Shown piece after piece: positions 49,601 through 60,500 of a DNA stretch of 64,000 bases. Position numbers and translations under genes: made by a program. This DNA comes from Lepidodermella squamata (Eukaryota > Animalia > Gastrotricha). The notes under the pieces were generated by a model. It ran no database searches. It was not told the DNA's origin and saw only the letters and a list, made by a program, of their open reading frames with translations. The stretch lies in NCBI GenBank assembly GCA_047495785.1, contig JBLDXI010000021.1, positions 1,488,001-1,552,000 on the forward strand, given 5' to 3'. Numbering within the stretch: position 1 is the first letter of the stretch; every line of letters begins with the position of its first letter.

Positions 49601-52600
49601 AGCGTGTCGTCTGGCTACAAACCGTTGGCTGATGTGATTCAGCAGTCATTTGCGTTTAACAAGCAAGAAGCTTCGCCGCCTCGTCAAGACCAAACAGTCA
49701 CGTTCAAGCAACCTTCACCGCCTCGCCAACAGCAAGAACCGGCGAGTTATTCGACAAAGCAACCATCTCCGCCTCGTCAGCAGCAAGAGCCGGCGAATTA
49801 TTCGACGAAGCAACCGTCGCCGCCGAGGGGCGAAGAGGTCGAAATCGCATCAGGCTCTTCCCTAAAGAAAAAGCAAAGCTTTGTCTATCGAACCGATAAA
49901 TTCGCGATTACTTCGAACTATCAACGCCCGGCGAATGCCCCGGCTCCCACTGCTCCAGCTCAGTTTCAAGTCGCTAGAACTAAGGCGGAAGCTGCGCCGC
50001 CCGTTGCCCCGGTCGCTGCTGGATCGGGCCAGGGCCCGGCTCATTTGATTAACGAGGAGCTTGAACAGTACGAAGAACATCAACGCGTTTTCTCCAACGT
50101 CGATCGACACGCGTTTGAAGTCGCCCGAGCACAGCATTCAACATTCAGAGACCTGGTTTGGGATTTGATTTATTCCCATAACATCAGCGGTAATATTTAC
50201 GAATTATTAAGGAAGACTATTTTAATTTTCTATTATAATTCCTAGACGATTTGGAAAAAGCTCGCGCTCTATTTTTGTGGCTGTGCACTAAAGATCTGTC
50301 GACAATGCAGTTCATTAACGTTACCCCTGGAAGCCCGGAGGATGCGCTGATGGGTTTGAAGTCTGGCTCACAAACCTACGCCTCGGTTTTCGAAATGCTA
50401 TGCTCGTTTGCTGGTCTCCACTGTGTTACAATCAGCGGTTTTGCCAAGGGCGTCGATTACCAGCCTGGCATGAAATTCGAAGGTAAAGAAGCTCTCCACT
50501 CGTGGAACGGTGTGCTGGTCGACGGCCAGTGGCGCCTGGTTGACACCCATTGGGCCGCCCGGCGTATGGTCGGACGTCGCTCTATCGACAATCTGCGTTA
50601 CGAACTCGATGAATTTTTCTTCTTGACCTCGCCTCGCCAGCTGATTTACACCCATTTCCCCCACGACCCGTCGTGGCAACTTCTCGAAAGCCGGGTAACA
50701 CTGGCTGAATTCGAGAATCTACCGCCTGTTAAATCGCTGTTCTTCAAACTCGGGCTGAAATTTGTCGACGACGCTGGCCAAGCTGTTTTGCCCGCCCCGT
50801 ACGGCGAACGTAAAGTTCAACTTCAATTCAACAAGGCCGATGCGGCTTCAATTGATTTCAACTACGCGTTGACGATGGATAACGGCTCCGATGAAGCCAG
50901 CGTGCCAGGCGACAAATCTGCGGTGAAATTGAATCGATTTGTTTTCCATGAGATTGCGCCTCACAATGTCGCGTCATTCCTACTCCGCTTGCCTAATGCC
51001 GGTAATTACCGCTTCGTTGTTTTTGCGACTCCGAAAACGACGGAAACTCAGTCGGCGTCGGCGGTCGACAAATCGGACAGGGCTTACTCAGCAGTTTGCG
51101 AGTGGAAAATCAACGCTGGCCGGCCTGCGACGAATTCGGCACCGTTTCCGTCGTGTTCCGCGCAACGTTGGGGGCCGCCTCTAGCCGCGTTGTCCCAAAG
51201 CCGCGGCGTGACTGATTTGCCAATCGACGCCAGGATTCATACGGATTCGAATGGAATCGCCGAAATCGTCCTGCGGAAAACGAACGCAAATCCATCGATA
51301 ATCTTCGCTGGGAAATTGCGGGCTTTCCGCGGTTTTGAGGAGGCTGTCCTCGACACGGCTGTTCTTCACCGGCTGGTCGGTTCTGACAAGGCGGTTTTCA
51401 CGATTTCCGCCCCGGGCCGAGGCGAGTTTGGTATCGACATCTTCACCACGCGGCCCGATGATGAGCCAACAGGCGGTAAAGGTGCGCAAAGCGGCCAGCG
51501 GACTTTGTTCCATTTGTGCCAGTACTTGGTGATTTGCGAGGAGCCGACCGTTTCCGGCATTCGCTTCCCGGCATTACCAGCCGGTTATCTCGGTGCTCAG
51601 CGGTCGTTTGCCGAACTCGGGCTCAGTGTCATCAGCCATCCCGACCCGTTTGTTCGGGTGAAAAACGACAGCGCCCCGCTCGAAGTGATTTTCGGAATCA
51701 CACCGGGTCGCCCAGTTAGAGCGGTATCGAGCTTGATTCGTCTGTCGGCCCCTACCCCCGGTAGCCCTACTGAAGATCTATCCGACTGGGTGCTCCATCA
51801 ATCACCACTCTCGGGTGACAGAATCGCCTTGTAAGTCAAGCAAAATTTCAACTTGAAAAGTTTTTTCGAAAAATTTATTGGCACTCATCATTGAGAGTTC
51901 CGGGTACGGCGACAAAGCAGCAACTTCGCAGAACAGCGAATGCGACAAAACGGCAAATTTTTTATTTTGCGACAAAACAGCGAAAACTTAGTATGTAAAA
52001 GATGCGTCGTGTTTCTGCTGTTATGTCGCAATTTGAAAAAGTTGCTGTTTTGGGCATTTGCTGTTATGACGGTCTGCTGTGGGAGTGCTACGTCCCACTT
52101 CTTAAATTCAAAAATACTTTATATTTGTTTATACTTTATTTCGATTTCCGTGTTATCGAAATTGCTTAATTGCGTGACCTTGTTATGTTTTTTCAGTGTG
52201 TGCCGATTCCCGAAGTCTGGGACGTATAAGCTACAGATCTTTGCCCAATCTGCCGACGCCGTAGCGCAGGCGGACTCTATTCCTGGTGTCTACAATTATC
52301 TCATCGATGTCGCTAAGGGTCCGGTTAAACTCGCGAATGAAGAATTGTTGCCGTTCCCGAAGCAGTACTCGCAGTGGCACGAGGGCGGGTTCCTAATCGA
52401 ACCACTCGACGGCTTAATCAGTCAAGACCGCATGCCGGGTGGGAATGCGAACCGGCTGCTCGTCAGAATCGCCATACCCCGGGCGAGAAAAGTAGCCGCT
52501 GTTGTCGGCGATACGTGGACGCATCTCGTTGCCGGCACCGACGGCATTTGGGAGGGCGTGGTTGTTCTCGACAAGGTGTGGTCGAATCCGAACCCGAACG

Positions 52601-52686
52601 CGAAACGGCTCGCTGTATCCGCCAATTTCCTGATCGATTCGCCTAATGCATATGCTACTCTATTAGAATACAAGCTCGGCGCTTGA
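46677..52686 (+). CDS. Hillarin/kyphoscoliosis-peptidase-like protein with two transglutaminase-like modules, about 1690 aa; exons 46677-48392, 48908-50189, 50246-51830, 52197-52686
   Basis: Two copies of LC..AG..C..I.G.AKG..Y.PG / HSWN.V / LVD..W / F..P..LIY.H.P, each followed by Ig-like beta segments, separated by a Pro/Ser/Gln linker. All splice phases are compatible. Confidence 0.85.
49706..49828 (+). repeat. 51-bp coding tandem repeat (KQPSPPRQQQEPA[S/N]YST, about 2.4 copies)
   Basis: Units start at 49706, 49757 and 49808 and differ mainly at synonymous positions. Confidence 0.85.
51909..52080. mobile_element. Degenerate inverted-repeat (MITE-like) element in the last intron of the KY-like gene
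   Basis: Repeated GCGACAAAACAGC-like units on the left are mirrored by GCTGTT(A/T)TG units on the right, giving roughly 70-bp imperfect arms. The host intron is 366 bp. Confidence 0.55.
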
Positions 52687-53633
52687 ACTTTACTATGAAT
52701 TTTTTATTCAGATAGACCACACACTGCCGCAATCATTGTTAACCCGTGTTTATTCGATGTTTTTAGCATCTCTCTTACCCAGAAATCGTTTTAATTTTGC
52801 ATTTTCTTCCATTCCAGAGACTGCTTATTCTTTCTATGAGAAAAACCACATTTCATTGGTGTCTTTGCGCTTCTCCTTTGCTTGGTATCGCAATGTTTTT
52901 TAACCTCGATTGGAAAGAGTGAGAGCAATTTTATTGTGCCAGTTGCATCTTTCAGATGATCAACCTTAACAGCTCGTTTTTTTCCGAAGAGAATTATGTA
53001 TGCATGATTTTGTCTTTATAATTTCCTATCGTCATTGCAAACTAAAAATTATTAACTGATTTTATCGGTGTTTTTATTTCGTTTGTAGTTTTGTGAGTGC
53101 CGAATAGTATGGAAAGAATAAGTGAATAATTCTAGAATATTTCGCTACTAATTTTTTAGCGTTGTTTTCACTGAACCTCCCTTTGATCGATTGATGCTGC
53201 TGGAAAATTTTGTTGTAAAGAAAATAAATTATCTCAGCCTGGTTTTTTGGAAATTGAAAGTGCGCGTTGTTCTGCCATATTTTACCCGTAAATGTGCTAT
53301 TTAGAGTTATATTATCTGCTTTTTCGCCGTCGCACTTTTTGCGAGATGATAACTAAAATAATATTATGTAAATTTGCGAAATTTCATCCTTGTTGAAAAA
53401 TATTTTGTGCAAATCGTGTCAGTTTTCGAAGGATGGAATAAGAAGTAAAAATTTTATTTGTTTCTGCCCAACGTTTCTACTATGGAAATGAACGATTCAC
53501 GTTACAATAAGGAAAGGATCGCTCCTTTTGGACAACCTCAGATTTTGCGAGTTTTCTAAAAGCACTGAGATGGGCTAGGTGCTATAATGAAAATTGACGA
53601 TAATGACTCTTAGCGGTACAATACCGAGACACG

Positions 53634-54060
53634 TTATTTAGCATCGCTTGGCTCCTCCTCGCCGAAGAAGACCTTCCAGTCTTGGGGCTGACTTGAAAAC
53701 GGCTTTCTAGTCATGCACTCGAGGTTGCATTCGATGCTATCGATGGGCATGCCAGCCTCTTCCAGGGTGCTGCAGTAGGTTGTGCAGATGCACGAATCAG
53801 CGCAGTTGGCCTGCTTCTGGCGACGGCTTTGGATGACGGGGTGCCGAGACGACGCACCGGCGGCCCAAACCGCGGATGAAGTCGGCATTTCACACTTCAC
53901 TCGGCACTGCCTAAAATCACACGCATTCGTAATAATTATTTCTTGGTAATTTAGTAAGGTCTTACTCGAATGGATTCAGTTCCATGTCCTCAGAGTCCTG
54001 AGCGTTGACAGCAATCGCCACGGCAGCGGCAAGAGCAAGAAATAAAATTCCGCGAGACAT
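53634..54060 (-). CDS. Small 8-cysteine secreted protein B (123 aa; exons 54060-53966, 53910-53634)
   Basis: Clear signal peptide MSRGILFLALAAAVAIAVNA and a 55-bp GTAAG...TTTTAG intron. Pattern C-x3-C-x29-C-x3-C-x-C-x3-C-x14-C-x3-C. Confidence 0.85.
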
Positions 54061-55068
54061 TTTAGTCAAGGTTAATAAAAATAAACTATTGCAAGTCTGG
54101 CAAAAATATGAGAACGAGCTTACTGAGCGAAAACGCAATAAAAAAATTGACTAGTCGCTAATATAAAGTGTTTACGGGGTACAATTTGCGTGATATTCGA
54201 AGGCATCACGCGGTGCGAGGCGGTTTTATGGCTCGTAGGCGGGGGCAATATTTGACATCCTTGATTTTTATATATCTTCCTGTTGAAAGGCGGTAGTCGC
54301 TTTGGCGCGGCGCGTTTGAGTGAGGAAATCCTTTTATAATGATGTTTTTGCCTACTACGATGATGCTCCGTTCCAGACATCGCCAGCCTTCGATCATCGG
54401 GGCTATGTCTCGAATTTAAACCTATGTCATATTGCGCGCTGCCGTTTTTCCTGTACAAATATAATGAAGTTTCCCATTCCTACGCTTATCGTTTATCGTT
54501 GGATAATGATGCATTTTCGATAATAATAATCAATGATTTCGATCGCCTCCTCGGTCAGTCAGTAATATTGCGCTTTAAGCACCTGATATTGAAATTTTAT
54601 CTCGCGTATCGAGGCGTTCCAGGTGCTATTAATTTCACTCCTACTCTCTCGCGTACGTCTTTTACACGCTGCACCCCTAGGGAGATGATAGTCAAGGGTG
54701 CCAATGACGAAATTTGAGGCGATTGTTTTTAATAAAAGCTGATTTTTATTTGATTTCCTGTAGCTCGATATTATAAACTGCAGATAATACATTGTTCATC
54801 ATAGAACGCATGAGTTTTTGGAAAATTATAGGCAAGCATTAATCATTGCCTCTAATAAATAATATGACATGAGATTCGGTGACAAATATCGAAAAATCAC
54901 AAGCAAGCTAAATTGTGCACCGATTTAGTTTCCGAAATCAATCAGAATTCACAGGCGCGGTCTGAATTTGTTCTAATATGTGTTACAAAATGAATAAAAA
55001 TAAATCACGTCAAAGAACGTTACAAAGTGTATTCTAATAGCTACTGATATCGACTCTATTATGATGGA

Positions 55069-55449
55069 TTAATTGTTGAAATCGATTTCGTTTCCGAGTT
55101 GCTGGAGATCGACAGCGGTCGATTGTTTAACCTTGCGGCGGGGTTCTGATTGCTGAAATGGCGTAGCAGGGCTTTCTTCTTCATCATCATCGTCTTCTTC
55201 GGGGTTTTGAAGAGCGTTCCAGACGTCGTCCCAGTCGCTGCCGTAAGATGGGCGAGCAAAGGCCATTCGATTGAGGATGTCATCGAAGCGAAGAGCCCGT
55301 TTTGCAACTGCTTCGACGTCTTCTATCTCAGCACTTGGCTCTTCGAATGAGGCAGATCGTGCGCTTCGTTTAACTGGGCGCGCAGCTGTCATTTGGAAGA
55401 GCATAACGTTTGCGACCAGCAGGCTAGCAACAATCAGCTTCGAAGCCAT
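55069..55449 (-). CDS. Putative neuropeptide/prohormone-like secreted precursor (126 aa)
   Basis: Signal peptide, two KR sites and an RRK site, acidic spacers and no Cys. Confidence 0.7.
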   Translation of the reverse strand: MASKLIVASLLVANVMLFQMTAARPVKRSARSASFEEPSAEIEDVEAVAKRALRFDDILNRMAFARPSYGSDWDDVWNALQNPEEDDDDEEESPATPFQQSEPRRKVKQSTAVDLQQLGNEIDFNN

Positions 55450-57573
55450 TTTTATCGGGAATTATTATTTAATAATTAATCAGAGCTATGAACAGAAAGA
55501 AGTTGGCGATATGAATCAAGTCAAAAAAGTTGATTGAAGTTTAGGTGTTTTTGTAAAATTGTCTGATGCAGAAGAACACTCGCTGCGTGTTGCATTCCCT
55601 TGCCCATCAGGTTTGCGTGGTTAATTTCGAAAGATTCAAGGGCCCGCGCAAAATTGTGTCTTAGCTTAAATATAAACAGCACGTTTCCTAACATTTCCAA
55701 GAAGAGAGTAGTATATGCCTCCAGCTGTGATCATTGAATCATTGATCAGGATTCCGCAAACCTTCGCAAAGCTAAAATGTGGAAATTGCGATCATTGGTT
55801 CGCATTGAAATTTCAACAAACAGATGAATAGCGAAAATCTTCAAGTTGGAATAGCAATATCTGCCATATTGTAGCCTTCACTTCTGGAGTCGCCACAGTC
55901 GGGAAAAGACAGTATGCAAGGAAACATCGACATTTCATGATTGAGTTTGCACGCGCAGTAAATGGGCGGAAAAAAACATGTTATTCCCATTAATTAATAA
56001 GATATATCCATTACTGTTTGCGGGAAAATAATTTAGTTATAACTAATTAGGAAGTGCGCTTTGTTAGCATCCGTATCGATAGAATTAATGTTCAGTGATG
56101 TGCGTTATATTTCGCCGGGAGCCGGGAGGGAAGCCAGGAGGGTATGGCTGATTAGTTTATGTCTTCTCTACATATTTTACCTTCAATAATGAATCATTCG
56201 TTATGAAGATTTTCGAAAGAGCAAAACCTACCGAGACTCAGAATTTTGAACCAATGTCGATATGAATCTGTTTGCCCCATTTATCGCTGCAGTACGTGCG
56301 TATGGACCAAAAATGCTGAAAGTGAGTGAAGCCATGCGAAGAAAGCCTGTCCTACCGTATTTAACACCCCCTTCCCTCCCCCAAATAAAAATGGCTTCGG
56401 ATTTCGGAGAAATAGAAGGCGTTTGATCGAATTAGAATAATGAATGGACGGAAACAGCGAAATAAGTTTTCTGTAAATGTGATTGAGGCTAAAAAAAGTT
56501 TCAAGAGCTGCGCGTGTCCCACCCCACTGCTCGATATTCTGATTTTTCTTCTAATTTATGAGCTCAGCAATTAACACCACATAAATTAGAAAACATTCAC
56601 ATATGAAACGAATGGGCCACAATCAAATAGCTTCCCCAAATGACTTTTGCGATGACGGTTTCATCGAGTGGAGGGCAAATAATGACCACCCCCGTTTCCT
56701 CATTCCTCAGCCGTTCGCATTATTTCCGCCGCAGACGTTGCTCGGAAAAGGAGGACTCCCATGCCAATACTGCCTCCGGACTCCGGACGTTAAATTACGC
56801 GGCTAATGAGATTACCTATAAAGTAACTCACGATAACATCAGGTTTGCAAAGGAAGTGCAGTGGAAAAACGCATAATTTTTTGCGCGGCTCTCGTGCCCT
56901 GCCGAGTATGACGTGATTGAGTGAGATCGATTGATTTCATCTGTGAAGGAATGCACTTCGGTAAGACTTCTCAAACTAATAATGTATTGACATATGATCT
57001 GTCAAATTTGACCCTATTAAAGAGGCGAAGTCTTGAGTCAAAAGGCACTCGAGCGGCTATGACTAATTATTTTAATGACTCGATGTTTGTATTGAATGCA
57101 ACCAAGTATTCAGCTGAAATTACACGTGAATGGATAAAATACGTGTTTCTTCATCCGCAGATCATTTTTAACCCACATTCTGGCGAAAAGATCTTGGGAT
57201 TGATTTGAAAAGCAGGCGTCTCTTTATTTCCCGGAATTTCAATCAACCCACGAGAAATTGGCGAGTTAGAGACACTGGTCGTATGAAAATAGGTTGGGAT
57301 GCTGAAACACCACGCACCTTCATCTTGATGACTTCGGCGGTCTGAGTGCATGTCTTAGACCTGATCAAAGAATGACTGTGTCACTTTGTCACTCAATGTA
57401 TATAAAAAAGAGTTCGTGTCGACTATTAAAACATTTTATTTGCGAACACGAAAATCTACACATTCGGAAAAGTCACCAGTGTGATGAGCAGCGATGAGCA
57501 GCAGCGCAAGTAAAACTCTCGCAAATCACAAAACTGAGTCACAATTTTATTGACGAAGCCATTGCAAAAAGTT

Positions 57574-60500
57574 CTATCGCACTTCGACTTTGAGCTTGTA
57601 CTCCTGGTCACAGCCGAGATACGAATCACACATAAAGTAGAGAATGAACTGGTTGCTGGAGTCGCTAGGCGCCGTAAAATCCAGCTTAACCTTCGTTTTC
57701 GCCTGAACAACCGTCAGGCGCTTGATGCACAACAGCGTGTTGGCTTTCGGGTCGCCGATGACCAGCCACCAGCCCTCGTCGCGTTTGCGAGGGTAGAACG
57801 GCGCGATAACCGGCCCCACGGTCTCGTCCTCACGCTCGAGGGACACCTCGACATTAACAGACTGACCCGCCCGGACGCTGTCCTTTTCGATATGGTACGT
57901 CAGCTCGATATTCGGATAGGCGTTGCAAAACCGAGCGACATCAGCCATTCGAGTTTCGTCGAGCTGAAGCAACTTCTCACGCACGTCGTCGTCCAGCTCC
58001 ATGATATCGAAAATGGTCTCGACTTTCTTCTCTTGACAGCGAGAGATTATTTCTGACGTGAAATGCGGCAACTGACGCAAATACGGGTCCTTATTCCACA
58101 TAGCCTGCGTGATCATTTGAGCAAGTTCCATAGCCGCTAGAGCAGGGGCGAGCCAGCCGTTTGAGCTCAAGACATCAACACAGGCTTGAACAATCAGAAT
58201 TGCCTTAGACAAAATCTGCTCGGTATCAGCTTGCAACTCAGCCGGAAGGGTCATTCTACTCAAATGAGCTTGCAGCAGTAGATTGGCCTTGACGTGCGGG
58301 TCGGTGAACTTGGCCTGAGCAGCCGGCAATTTATTCGGGACATGCTCAGCCAACTGAGCGAGAATCGTGTTTTCGTTGTGGCGAATCGGCAGTTCTTCGA
58401 ACTCGGCGGCATTGGCCACGATTTCCAACAGACCTCGAAGCTTAGTTTTCGCGGTCAGCGACATCGAGAACAACTCGATTGTCGTGTAGTTGATGTAGTA
58501 ATAGGCGGCGATCATGCCCAGATTGAGCGGGGTCAGGTCCATTTCGTCCTCGACCGAGATGCACTTCGACGTCTCAAGGTCGGACAGAGTTTGCTCGACC
58601 ACCTCAGACAAATGATCTGACAGGTGGCGATGAGTAACGCCCTGGTATAAAAAATATAAAAAAATGAATAAAAAAATTATAATAATTTTGCTTACCTGAA
58701 GGTTGTAATAATTGGGGTTTTGGGTCATTCGCCGGTATAAAAAGGTCCAGGTCAAATAGTCGACCGCGTCCTGTTTGTTCTCGATGGTTTTCGTCACGAT
58801 TTCCGCATTGAAATGATCGTGCATGAAATGATCGAGATGCGACTCGACCGGGAGTGGCTCGAACAAAAACTTCTTGTAGAACTCCTTCTTATTCGACTGG
58901 CACATGACAACCGCCTTCGACTCGGCGTCAAGCATCGGCCGGTTAGCCACGCCTAGCATGTGCAGAATCTCGCTGGTTTGGTAGTCCTCGTAGCAGTGAT
59001 TGCGCCCGTTATACCACTGCGTATCCATGACGATGACCATGAATGACGAAACACTGATCTGGCGGGCGAGACTTCGGCTAGCAACGAGCACTTGGATCGC
59101 GCCGGACTGGAACAACTCGCGAACAATCATCGCATCTGTGGGCGAGGTACCCTCGTGGAGATACGCGACGCCGTTCGTCGTCGTTTCTTGCAGGGTTTTA
59201 TCCTCGAATTTCGTGACGAATTCCTGAATGGCGGCTTCAGGCAAATGCCGGAACTGGGTCGGCTTCAAATCCGCAGCGCAGTACGTCAGCAAATCAATCG
59301 CAGTGATACGCGTTTGTTTCCGCGACGGGACATACACAACAACAGGCTTCCCTCCAGCGTGGTTGACAATTGCGTTGTACAACGGTTTCGCCATAGCCAA
59401 CAACCTGGTGTGGTTATGGCTGATATTGAAGCTTTGAACGTGGAGTTCCAACGGCAGGGGTCGCACGTTCGGGTGGAAGTTGAAGGTATTTTGAGCCGAA
59501 ACACCCAGCCATTGCGCAACATCTCGCGCATTCGCCAGAGAAACACTCAAAGCCACGATTCGAATCGGTTTCTGGCTATCGGCTAGCTGCGAGCTCATGT
59601 AACGAGTTCGGGAGCAGACAACCTCAAGAATCGGGCCGTTGACACCGGAAATCAGATGCATGTCGCTGGCGATGAATAGGCGAGTTTGTTGCACAGCTTT
59701 ACGCTGCTTCCAACGACGGCTCATCATGTCCCACTTATCAGCGGCCGAAACAACCAGATCGGCCTTAGCGATCAGTTTCATATCCGTCGCCATTTCTCCC
59801 GTGAGTAATACGACCCGCTTGCCCAATTTCTTGCCGAATCGATTGAGCCAGGCGTCGTAGACTTGCTGGGCGAGAGATTCGACGGGTGAGACAAAAACAG
59901 CACGACCGTCCGGCTCGTTCAAAAACATGCGCATGATAGCGATTTCAGCGCAAACCAGTTTTCCAGAGCCGGGTGGAGCTGCGACCAGTACGTTGTCGTC
60001 CGTGTTGAACAGCGCGTTGAAAACCTGCGTTTGGATCGGGTTGAAAATCTTGAATTCGTACAGCTGTTCGAAGTCAGCGCGGCGCAGGGCTGAAATCGGC
60101 AGAGGCTGCAGATCAAGCAATTCGGTCGGTGGCGGATTTTTCTCAGGCAAAATCAGATGTTTGAACGAAACCGGCAACACAGTCTCACTGGCTAGCCAGC
60201 GATCTGACACAACTCGGATGAAATAGTGAGGCGGCAGTGGGTCAAAAACTGGGACGAAGAACTTGACGGAATGTTCGTCCTGGCAGAATTTCTGCTTCAG
60301 AAGGAAATATTCGTGATGTAGAATAGTTTCACCGTCGACGTCTTCAACAAAAATCCAGAAAGCCTCAGCGCCACCGTGAACTTTTTCATCCCACTGGAAA
60401 TCCGGGGTGATAGTCAGCTCAACTCGAAGGGTCGCGCGGGTGATTGGCAGAACGTGGACGGCTAACTCAAGCCTTGGCAACTGGTGGATGTACTTATGCA

